Assembly (NCBI GenBank): GCA_035717865.1
Contig: DASTIE010000001.1
Location: 1 to 61,245, forward strand
DNA: 61,245 nucleotides
DNA from: Candidatus Limnocylindrales bacterium
GTDB taxonomy: Bacteria > Chloroflexota > Limnocylindria > Limnocylindrales > CSP1-4
Reading direction: 5' to 3'
Shown here: positions 17,488-24,920 of the stretch, in pieces
How positions within the stretch are numbered: position 1 is the stretch's first letter
Layout of the letters: each line of letters opens with the position of its first letter
Translations under genes and position numbers: made by a program
The notes under the pieces: generated by a model
Databases searched by the model: none
Told to the model about the DNA's origin: nothing
What the model saw: only the letters and a program-made list of their open reading frames with translations

Positions 17488-19056
17488 CTACGCCTTGACG
17501 CGCACCCAGTCGACGAGGAGCTCGTTGCTCGTCGGCGTGGACGAGTCCGGCTCGCCGCACCACGTGCCGCCGACGCCCAGGTTGAGGATCAGCGGCATCG
17601 GGTCGGACAGCGAGGGCGTGATCTGGCTGCCGCGCTTGACGCCGTCGAGGTAGAACTGGATGAACCCGGAGCGCCACTCGACACCGTACGTGTGGAACGA
17701 CGCGGAGAGGTCGACGCCCATGTCCGTATCGCGAGCGACGCGGGAGTCCCCGTTGGTGCGGTGGATGCCCTGATGGGCCATCGTCACGTCGTTGCCGCCG
17801 CGCGACCCGACCGGGCCGGTGCAGGCTTCGAGCACGTCGATCTCCTCGCCGGAGCCGGTGTAGCCCCAGAAGGCCGGCCACAGGCCCATGCCCTTGGGGA
17901 GCCGCATCCGGGCTTCCCAGTGGCCGAACTGGAACAGGCGCTTCGTCTCCGTGTCCACGGTGCCCGTGTGCCACAGGCTGCCGACCTTCGTCGCGCCAAG
18001 GTGCAGGTAGCCGCCGCTGACGGAGACCTCATTGGCGTAGTTGGCGTGGTTCGTGCCGCAGCACTTCCGGCCGCCGCCGGTGACGCCGTAGTTCGAGGCG
18101 CGCCACTTCGAGGTGTCCAGGCTGGTGCCGCTGAACTCGTCCTGCCAGACGTACGTCGCAGGCGGCGCGGTCGGCGTGGCCGTGGGCCGTGGCGTGGGCG
18201 TCGGCGTGGGCCGTGGCGTGGGGGTCGGCGTCGGTCGCGGCGTCGGCGTCGGGGTCGGGCGTGGCGTGGGCGTCGGCGTGGGCTTTGGGGTCGGCGCAGG
18301 CGTCGGTGACGGCGTCCGGGTCGCGGTGGGCCCAGGCGTGGGGGAGGGGGTCCTGGTCGGCGTCGGCGCCGGGGTGGGCGCGCGGGTCGGATCCGGGTTC
18401 GGATCGTCGGTCGGCGCAGGCGGATCCGTGGGCTCGTCCGTCGGCGTCGGATCGGGCCCGTCCGTGGGGTCGGTCGTGGGCTCCGCAGGCGGCCCGAGGG
18501 TGGGCTCGGTCGATGGCTCGATCGTGGACTCGACGTCCGGGGACGTGGTCGGCCAGGCCGTCGGCCAGAAGGTCGGTGGGAGCGTCGGGTCGAGCGTCGG
18601 GTCGTCGGCGTCCGCCGGCTGGTCGACGACCCCCAGCACGAAGAAGTCCGCAGCGGCGCCGGTAGGATCCTGGTCCACTGTGGCGCCCGAGAGGTGATGC
18701 CGGCCAGGCTTCACCCGCGGCACGACGAGGTTCGTCGTGAAGACGCCGGCCGAGTTGGCGGTCACGTCGGGCATGCCGTCGGCAACGCCGTTCCAGGCGA
18801 TCTGGACCTTCGCGCCTGCGGGGAAGCCCTTGCCCCGCACGACGATCGACCGCCCGGCCGGGCCGCGGTCCGGCGTGACCGTGATCTCGGCGGGGTTCGC
18901 GTTCAACGTCGTGATGGCCGGCAGCGCCTGCACGATGGCAAGCGCGGCCACCATGAGCAGGCCGGCCTGCGCTGCACGCGGGAGGGGGTGGCCCAGCGTG
19001 GGGGCATTGCCGAGTCGGGGGCGCGGCAGGGCGACCGTGGGCAGGCGGAACGACAT
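17488..19056 (-). CDS. Secreted multidomain GH16 glucanase (signal/anchor, Ig-like IPT/TIG-type domain, long Pro/Thr linker, GH16 catalytic domain)
   Basis: ..GLWPAFWGY.. and ..GEEIDVLEA.. (E-x-D-x-x-E). Residues ~150-300 are P/T/D-rich. The ATG at 19056 is preceded by GAGGAG. Confidence 0.8.
   Translation of the reverse strand: MSFRLPTVALPRPRLGNAPTLGHPLPRAAQAGLLMVAALAIVQALPAITTLNANPAEITVTPDRGPAGRSIVVRGKGFPAGAKVQIAWNGVADGMPDVTANSAGVFTTNLVVPRVKPGRHHLSGATVDQDPTGAAADFFVLGVVDQPADADDPTLDPTLPPTFWPTAWPTTSPDVESTIEPSTEPTLGPPAEPTTDPTDGPDPTPTDEPTDPPAPTDDPNPDPTRAPTPAPTPTRTPSPTPGPTATRTPSPTPAPTPKPTPTPTPRPTPTPTPRPTPTPTPRPTPTPTPRPTATPTAPPATYVWQDEFSGTSLDTSKWRASNYGVTGGGRKCCGTNHANYANEVSVSGGYLHLGATKVGSLWHTGTVDTETKRLFQFGHWEARMRLPKGMGLWPAFWGYTGSGEEIDVLEACTGPVGSRGGNDVTMAHQGIHRTNGDSRVARDTDMGVDLSASFHTYGVEWRSGFIQFYLDGVKRGSQITPSLSDPMPLILNLGVGGTWCGEPDSSTPTSNELLVDWVRVKA
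18187..18285 (-). repeat. In-frame 24-nt tandem repeat encoding (PTPTPTPR)x4 inside the GH16 linker
   Basis: The protein reads PTPTPTPRPTPTPTPRPTPTPTPRPTPTPTPRP. The wider low-complexity P/T tract spans about 18157..18609. Confidence 0.85.
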
Positions 19057-19065
19057 GGGGTGGTG

Positions 19066-19148
19066 GCTCCTCGGTAGCCCGGCTGACTCGACAGACGAGT
19101 CCCGTGGCTTTGCGTCCCCGGGTCACCCCGGGTTTGCCGTTTCGATCC
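19066..19148 (-). promoter_or_regulatory. c-di-GMP-I (GEMM-I) riboswitch aptamer in the GH16 leader
   Basis: The minus strand reads GAAACGGCAAACC-CGGGGUGACCCGG-GGACGCAAAGCC-ACGGGACUCGUCUGUCGAGUCAGCCGGGCUACCGAGGAG. The GGCAAACC and GGACGCAAAGCC blocks are identical to the Vc2 aptamer core. They are separated by a 13-nt GNRA-capped hairpin, the same spacing as in Vc2. The 3' strand runs into the SD. Confidence 0.75.
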
Positions 19149-19474
19149 AGCCCACTGAGCCGGCTGGCTGACTGCGTCCCGTCGGAGCGCCCCTCCGAGA
19201 TGCTCAGGAAGGTAGGTCGCCGCAGCCGCCGAATCGACCCGTTCGATGGTCCCAGGTGGTGCGTCCTGTCGACCTAGGAGGACCGCACCAGACCCTCCGC
19301 AACCGCTCCGGACCTCTCCGGACCGCGGTCCTGGGTCAACCCTGACCAACCGCAGGAATCCGCACCGGACCGCCGCGGTGGGCCCGTTCCAGCGGCCCGC
19401 CGGCGGACGCCGTTGTGATGGTCCCGGCCAGGTCCGTGAGCAGGATGGGCACGCCCCGGAGGGACAATCGCCGC

Positions 19475-20710
19475 GTGACTGACATCGCGCCAGCGCCGCG
19501 GTTGCCCGTGCTCGTGCTCGGGAAGCACATCACGGCCATCGGCGCGCTCCGGACCTTCGCGAAGCGCGGCATCGAGACCTACGTCGTCGAGGATACGAAC
19601 GACGTCATCACGCGCTCGCGCTGGTATCGACGCCCGGCGACGACCGTGGCGGAGACGACCGACGGTGACGAGCTCGCGCGCTACCTGCGGGGGCTGGAGA
19701 TCGAGCGGGCGGTGCTGTTCCCCTGCAGCGACCGCTGGACCCAGGCCGTGGCCGCGCTCCCCGAGGACGTTCGCGGGCGCTTCCCGGCGGCCGTGGCGTC
19801 GCGCGAGGTCGTCGATTCGTTCATCGACAAGGAGCGCTTTCGGCAGCTCGTGGAGCGCGTCGGCATCCCCGCGCCGCAGACCATCCCGATCGCCGGACCC
19901 GCCGACCTCGACGCGGCCCCCGCGGACCTGCTGGACAAGGCCTTCCTGAAGCCCACCGATTCACAGCGCTACTCGCGCCGCTACGGCACCAAGGGCTGGT
20001 TCGTGGAGGACCTCGGGGCCGCCCGCGAGCATGTCGCGGAGGCCGCCGCTGCCGGCGTGACGTTCATGCTCCAGGAGTGGATCCCGGGCGATCCGGGGCG
20101 CACCATCCTGCTCGACGGGTTCATGGATCGCAACGGCCGCGTCCGGGGAATCCTGGCACGCCGCCGCGTGCGCATGGACCCGCCCAGGCTCGCGAACACC
20201 GCGTGCTCCCTCACGATCCCGCTGGCGGAGGTCGAGGGTGCAGTTGCAAGCGTCCGCCGGCTGCTGGCGAGCGTCGGCTATCGCGGCATCTTCAACGTCG
20301 AGTTCAAGCACGACGAGCGCGACGGCCTGTTCAAGATCATCGAGGTCAATCCGCGAGCCTTCTGGATGGTCGCCCACGTCGCGAAGTGCGGGCTCGACCT
20401 GCCGTGGATGTCGTACCTCGACGCGCAGGGGCTGGAGGTGCCCGCGCTGCAGCGGTACCGGCTCGGGCGCCACGGCCACTATGAGCTGCCGGACGCGGCC
20501 TCGATCGTGCGGGCGCTCGTCAACCGGCGCCGACCTGACGGTTCGGTCCTCCGAACGTGGATCACGGGCGACCACTCGATGTTCTGGTGGAGCGACCCGC
20601 TGCCCGGGCTGCTGGACTTCCGGAATGCCGTCGTCCGGCGCGGCGGCAACGCGCTCGACGCGCTCCGGCGGGCCGTGCCGCTACTTGATCGCGATCGGGT
20701 TCACGGGTGA
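19475..20710 (+). CDS. ATP-grasp domain protein (carboxylate-amine ligase-like, COG3919-type)
   Basis: ORF 19415..20710. I prefer the GTG at 19475, ~10 nt after GGAGGGA (alternative: ATG at 19445). ..VLVLGKHITAIGALRTF.., ..FMLQEWIPGD.., ..FNVEFKHDERDGLFKIIEVNPR.. fit the ATP-grasp pattern. Confidence 0.7.
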   Translation: MTDIAPAPRLPVLVLGKHITAIGALRTFAKRGIETYVVEDTNDVITRSRWYRRPATTVAETTDGDELARYLRGLEIERAVLFPCSDRWTQAVAALPEDVRGRFPAAVASREVVDSFIDKERFRQLVERVGIPAPQTIPIAGPADLDAAPADLLDKAFLKPTDSQRYSRRYGTKGWFVEDLGAAREHVAEAAAAGVTFMLQEWIPGDPGRTILLDGFMDRNGRVRGILARRRVRMDPPRLANTACSLTIPLAEVEGAVASVRRLLASVGYRGIFNVEFKHDERDGLFKIIEVNPRAFWMVAHVAKCGLDLPWMSYLDAQGLEVPALQRYRLGRHGHYELPDAASIVRALVNRRRPDGSVLRTWITGDHSMFWWSDPLPGLLDFRNAVVRRGGNALDALRRAVPLLDRDRVHG

Positions 20711-21679
20711 CCCGACCGCGCCCGTGATGGGCAGCGGCGGTGCGGAGATGAAGAACTCGTACCGGCCGTCGCTCGCGCAGTCCTCGGCCAGGGCCTCGAG
20801 GTCGAAGATCTCGCCGAGCAGCAGCCCCATGTGGACGATCAGGATGATGTGGAGGGGCTGGAAGACGTCCTCGGTCTGGTTGGGGAGGACTTCGGCGCCC
20901 CACGTGTCCGTCGCGAGCGCCGCGATCTCGCGCTGGTGGATCCAGCCGGCCGCATCAAGGGCGAGGCCCGGCGCGGAGCCACCGGCGTAGTCTCCCCAGG
21001 CGCCGTTGGCCCGGCAGCTCGCGATCTGGCCGGTCCGGACGAGCACGATGTCGCCACGCCCGACGGAAGCACCCTGCTTCGACGCGCACGCCTCCAGGTC
21101 GACGGCGTGGATCTGCTCGCCGGGATCGAGCCAGTCCCGGCCCTGGCTCCGCGGGATGTCCAGCAGGATGCCGCGCCCGGAGACGCGGTCGCGGGCCTTG
21201 GCGATGTCGTTGCGGATGGCGCCACGGCTGCCGACGTCCGTCGCCGGATAGCCGTTGTAGATCCGCTTCTCGAAGACGATGTGCCCCAGGGCGTCCCACT
21301 GGGTCCCGGACTGGAGTGGCAGGATCAGGATGTCGTCCGTGCCGCGGATCCAGCGATCGCGGCCGCCGTAGAAGTCGCGCACGACCGTGTCGGTGACGGC
21401 GGCGTTGCCGTCACGGATCATCAGGTGGATGGGGTTGAAGCGCCCGAACCCGCCGGTCTGCGGGCCGGCGTCGTCGAGCGGGATCGCGAGCGAGAAGCTC
21501 TTGCCCCGCTGGATGAGTCCAGCCGCGGCAACGACGTCCTCCGGGCGGATGAAGTTCAGCGTCCCGAGCTCGTCATCAGGGCCCCAGCGGCCCCAGTTGG
21601 AGTAACGCTCCAAGAGCTCGCGGACGGTATCGATGTTCGGTTTCGCGGGGATCTCGACGTCCAGCTCGACCACGGTCAT
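20681..21679 (-). CDS. Cyclase-family protein (kynurenine formamidase-like fold)
   Basis: ..WGRWGPDDELGTLNFI.., ..SGTQWDALGHI.., ..GILLDI.. follow the putative-cyclase family pattern. ATGA overlap with the upstream TPP gene. The 3' end overlaps the convergent ATP-grasp gene by 30 nt. Confidence 0.7.
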   Translation of the reverse strand: MTVVELDVEIPAKPNIDTVRELLERYSNWGRWGPDDELGTLNFIRPEDVVAAAGLIQRGKSFSLAIPLDDAGPQTGGFGRFNPIHLMIRDGNAAVTDTVVRDFYGGRDRWIRGTDDILILPLQSGTQWDALGHIVFEKRIYNGYPATDVGSRGAIRNDIAKARDRVSGRGILLDIPRSQGRDWLDPGEQIHAVDLEACASKQGASVGRGDIVLVRTGQIASCRANGAWGDYAGGSAPGLALDAAGWIHQREIAALATDTWGAEVLPNQTEDVFQPLHIILIVHMGLLLGEIFDLEALAEDCASDGRYEFFISAPPLPITGAVGSPVNPIAIK

Positions 21680-23571
21680 AGCTCCCGCGACCGAACGCGG
21701 TCGTAGCGCGTGACGGGCGCGATGGCCTCGCGGTCGATGACCGCATCGATGATCGTCGGCCCCTCGCGACGCAGCGCGTTCTTCATCGCTCGGCGGAAGT
21801 CCGGCGCGTTGGAGACGCGGACACCGTTCGCCCCGAAGTCCTTCGCCACACGGCCGTAGTCGACGTCGAGGAAGTCGTCGACCTCGGGGACCAGGTGGTC
21901 GTACAGGAGCGTCTGGACGTGGGCCTCGAACGCGAGCGTGCCGTTGTTCAGGATGACGGTCACGGTCGGCAGCCCGAGCCGGACGGCCGTCTCGATGTCC
22001 GCGAGCTGGTAGCCGAAGCCACCGTCGCCGATGATCGACACGACCTGGCGGTCCGGCGCGGCCATCTGGGCGCCCAGGCCGCCGGCGAACGACCAGCCGA
22101 GCGAGCCGTCAGCCCGGAAGAAGCTCCGGCCGGCGCGGCGAAGCTCGAGGAGACCGCCAGCCCAGGCTGACGAGTAGCCCGTGTCGGCGCAGACGATCGC
22201 GTCGTCGGCGAGGAGCTCGTTGAGCCCGGCGAGCATGGACTCGGGGCGCATCGGCCGGCCGTCGGTGCCGTCCTGGCTCGCGAGCTCCATTCGGCGCGCG
22301 TGCCAGTCGTGGCGCTTCGCCGTCAGGACGTCGAGCCAGGCCCGATGAACCCGGGCCGCCGCGGGCATCGCGTCATGCGTGTCGAAAGCCGGGGCGTCGC
22401 CGCTCACCGCGACCGTCGGGTCACCGCGACCGTTGCTGTCGTGGCCGTTGCCGTTCGCGCGGTGGCCGTTGCCGGCGCGGTGCCCGTTGCCGTTCGAGGC
22501 CGGGCCGTTCGCGCTGTGGCCGTTGGTCGCGTGGGTGCCCGGCTCGCCACCGCTGATCGCGACCGTTGCCTGCAGCCCGGCCTCGAAGAAGGCCCGGGCG
22601 TCGGCGAGGATCCCGATCTCGGTCGGGAAGTTCTGGCCGATGACGTCCGGGTCCAACGCAACGTGGATCAGGCGGCAGTCTCCGGCCACGAGCTTGAAGG
22701 AGTCCGTGACCATGCCGCCGAGACCCGTCCCGACCGCGAGGATGAGGTCCGCGGAGGCGAGCGCCTCGTTGGCGTAGCGGCGGGAGTAGCGCCCGACCGT
22801 GCCCATCGACAGGGGGTGCGTGTCGGCGATCGCGCCTTTGCCGGCGACGCTGGTGACGACGGGGATCGCCAGGCGCTCGGCGAACAGCTGGAGGGCCTCG
22901 TACGCCTTCGACTGGTGGATCCCGTTGCCGGCCAGCAGGACCGGTCGCTCGGCCGCCAGGGCCGCCTCGATGATGGTCGCGACCTCGCCCTGCGTCGGCG
23001 CAGGGCGCGTCAGCGGCATCTCGAGCGGCTTGCCTCGCTCCGGCGGCTTGAAGTCGGGCATCAGCTCTTCGTAGATGTCGCCCGGCACGCCGAGGTAGAC
23101 CGGGCCCGGGGTGCCGGTCAGGGAGCGGCGCGCCGCCTCGCGGATGAACCGGGGGAGCTGTGCGGCCGCCTGGACCTCGACGCCCCATTTCGTCACCGAC
23201 TGAAAGAGGGGCAGCTGGTCGATCTCCTGGTACTCGGAGCGGTAGCGGTCCATCCGCCGCATCGCGGAACACATGGCGATCACCGGGCTGGAGGACCAGT
23301 ACGGCTCGGCCAGCGCCGCGGCGACGTTCGCGGCCCCCGGGCCGTATGCGCCGTAGGTGAAGGTCGGACGGCCGGTGACGCGCGCGTACCCGTCGGCCAT
23401 GTAGACCGCGGCCGCCTCGGTCCGGGCGAGGACCTGGCGGATGCCGGCTCGTTGCAGCGCGATCCAGAGCGTGTTGTCACGCCCCGTCATGAGGAAGAGG
23501 TGCTCGACGCCCAAGGCCTCGAGCTCTGATGCCGTGGCTTCTGCTGCCGTCATCGCTGTAGCGGTGGTCAT
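21676..23571 (-). CDS. Thiamine-diphosphate-dependent enzyme (acetolactate-synthase-like) with an Asn/Gly/His-rich insertion
   Basis: ORF 21676..23694 trimmed to the ATG at 23571. N-terminal ..GVEHLFLMTGRDN... TPP motif ..IIGDGGFGYQLADIETAVRLGLPTVTVILNNG... Insertion ..HATNGHSANGPASNGNGHRAGNGHRANGNGHDSNG... Confidence 0.8.
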   Translation of the reverse strand: MTTATAMTAAEATASELEALGVEHLFLMTGRDNTLWIALQRAGIRQVLARTEAAAVYMADGYARVTGRPTFTYGAYGPGAANVAAALAEPYWSSSPVIAMCSAMRRMDRYRSEYQEIDQLPLFQSVTKWGVEVQAAAQLPRFIREAARRSLTGTPGPVYLGVPGDIYEELMPDFKPPERGKPLEMPLTRPAPTQGEVATIIEAALAAERPVLLAGNGIHQSKAYEALQLFAERLAIPVVTSVAGKGAIADTHPLSMGTVGRYSRRYANEALASADLILAVGTGLGGMVTDSFKLVAGDCRLIHVALDPDVIGQNFPTEIGILADARAFFEAGLQATVAISGGEPGTHATNGHSANGPASNGNGHRAGNGHRANGNGHDSNGRGDPTVAVSGDAPAFDTHDAMPAAARVHRAWLDVLTAKRHDWHARRMELASQDGTDGRPMRPESMLAGLNELLADDAIVCADTGYSSAWAGGLLELRRAGRSFFRADGSLGWSFAGGLGAQMAAPDRQVVSIIGDGGFGYQLADIETAVRLGLPTVTVILNNGTLAFEAHVQTLLYDHLVPEVDDFLDVDYGRVAKDFGANGVRVSNAPDFRRAMKNALRREGPTIIDAVIDREAIAPVTRYDRVRSREL

Positions 23572-23623
23572 GTGGTCATCCCTGCAGTGGTGGCCTTTGG
23601 CGCGTCGGGCTCTCGACCCCGCG

Positions 23624-24658
23624 TCAGTCGGGCATGTTCCGGCCGAGCGGCATCCGGCCAAGCGTGCCGCTGGCCGTTCGGAATCGATGTCCATCCGGCG
23701 CGCGCATCGGCCGCCTGGTTCGTCCGTCGTCCTCGGGCCTGGTCGCGGGGAGTCGCAGCCGTCGGATGAGCGATTCCGTCGGGCTGGGCTTGTCCGTCGA
23801 TGCCACCTCGGTGGTGCCGACCTCCTGCTCGGGCGGCGCTCCCCCGAGCGCGGGCTCGATGGCCATCAATGAAGGCGCGGGTCGCCACGCGAAGAGCGGG
23901 CCCGTGTCGAGCTCGTAGCCCTTTGCCTTGGGCGTGCCTCGCAGGCGCTCGCCCACGATGGTCTTCAGAACACGCCAGCCGTCGCGGAAGGTGTTGAGGT
24001 TGGAGTTCCCGTAGCGACGCGGTGCCTCGAAGCTCGCCACCTCCGTGACCCGGAGGCCGCGGCGCGTCGCGCGAAGGAACAGCTGGGCCTCGATCTCAAA
24101 GCCCTGCGCGGTGAGCTCCAGGTCCTGGAAGGCCGCCCGGCGGAAAGCCGCGAAGCCGTAGCAGAGGTCGGTGTGCCGGCGCCCGAACAGCACGTTCGAG
24201 AGCAGCAGGAGCCCCTTGTTGCCGGCGTCGCGCAGCGGGGTCATGTCCGCCGTGCCGCCGCCGCCGACGAAGCGCGAACCCTTGGCGAGATCGTGCCCCT
24301 CCTCGAGCGCGGCGATGAAGCGATCGATCTCGCGCGGGTCCATGCTGCCGTCGGCATCGAGCATCACGACGTAGTCACCCGTGGCTGCCTCCACACCGGC
24401 TCGGAGGGCGCAGCCCTTGCCGGGCTCGCGATCGTCCACGGCGACGAGGTCCGGGCGGACGCTGCGCGCAACGTCCAGGGTGCCGTCAGTGGAGCTGCCG
24501 TCCACGATGACGACCTCATCCACGGAATCCGGAAGCCGTCGCAGCACCCAGCCGATGTTGCGAGCCTCGTTCTTGGCCGGGATGACGACGCTGACCCGCG
24601 ACCTGTCGCGGGCTGTCGGCGGCGATGTCGCCGATCCGGGTGTGGTGGCCAGGTCCAT
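23624..24658 (-). CDS. Family-2 glycosyltransferase (Dpm1/polyprenol-phosphate sugar transferase-like)
   Basis: ORF 23624..24820 trimmed to the ATG at 24658 (preceded by GGAGGA). ..VSVVIPAKNEARNI.., ..VVIVDGSSTDGT.., ..VVMLDADGSMDP... Confidence 0.8.
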   Translation of the reverse strand: MDLATTPGSATSPPTARDRSRVSVVIPAKNEARNIGWVLRRLPDSVDEVVIVDGSSTDGTLDVARSVRPDLVAVDDREPGKGCALRAGVEAATGDYVVMLDADGSMDPREIDRFIAALEEGHDLAKGSRFVGGGGTADMTPLRDAGNKGLLLLSNVLFGRRHTDLCYGFAAFRRAAFQDLELTAQGFEIEAQLFLRATRRGLRVTEVASFEAPRRYGNSNLNTFRDGWRVLKTIVGERLRGTPKAKGYELDTGPLFAWRPAPSLMAIEPALGGAPPEQEVGTTEVASTDKPSPTESLIRRLRLPATRPEDDGRTRRPMRAPDGHRFRTASGTLGRMPLGRNMPD

Positions 24659-24871
24659 GATGTCGGTCGATCCTCCACGACGCGACGGAGACAGCAAGCG
24701 GCTTCCCAACCGCCTTGCAAGACGACACGGATGTCGTCCCGTCCAGCTGTCCCCCGAAAGCTGCGCTCCGCCAAGTAGATGGGCGCTGGCCCCGCCGCGA
24801 CCTCCGGCGATGGTGCGCATGTCATTCGTGCAGGACTACGGTGCGGTCTGGTGCGTTGCAGACCCATACGC

Positions 24872-24896
24872 GGAGGTCTGGATGACCTCCCCTTTT
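24872..24896 (+). terminator. Intrinsic-terminator-like hairpin with T-tract in the leader of the downstream GT2 gene
   Basis: GGAGGTC-TGGAT-GACCTCC (7-bp stem) followed by CCTTTTG. Preceded by competing GGTCTG / CAGACC / GGTCTG elements at 24845, 24859 and 24875. Confidence 0.45.
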
Positions 24897-24920
24897 GCCG
24901 TAAGGAACATGTGAACGACG

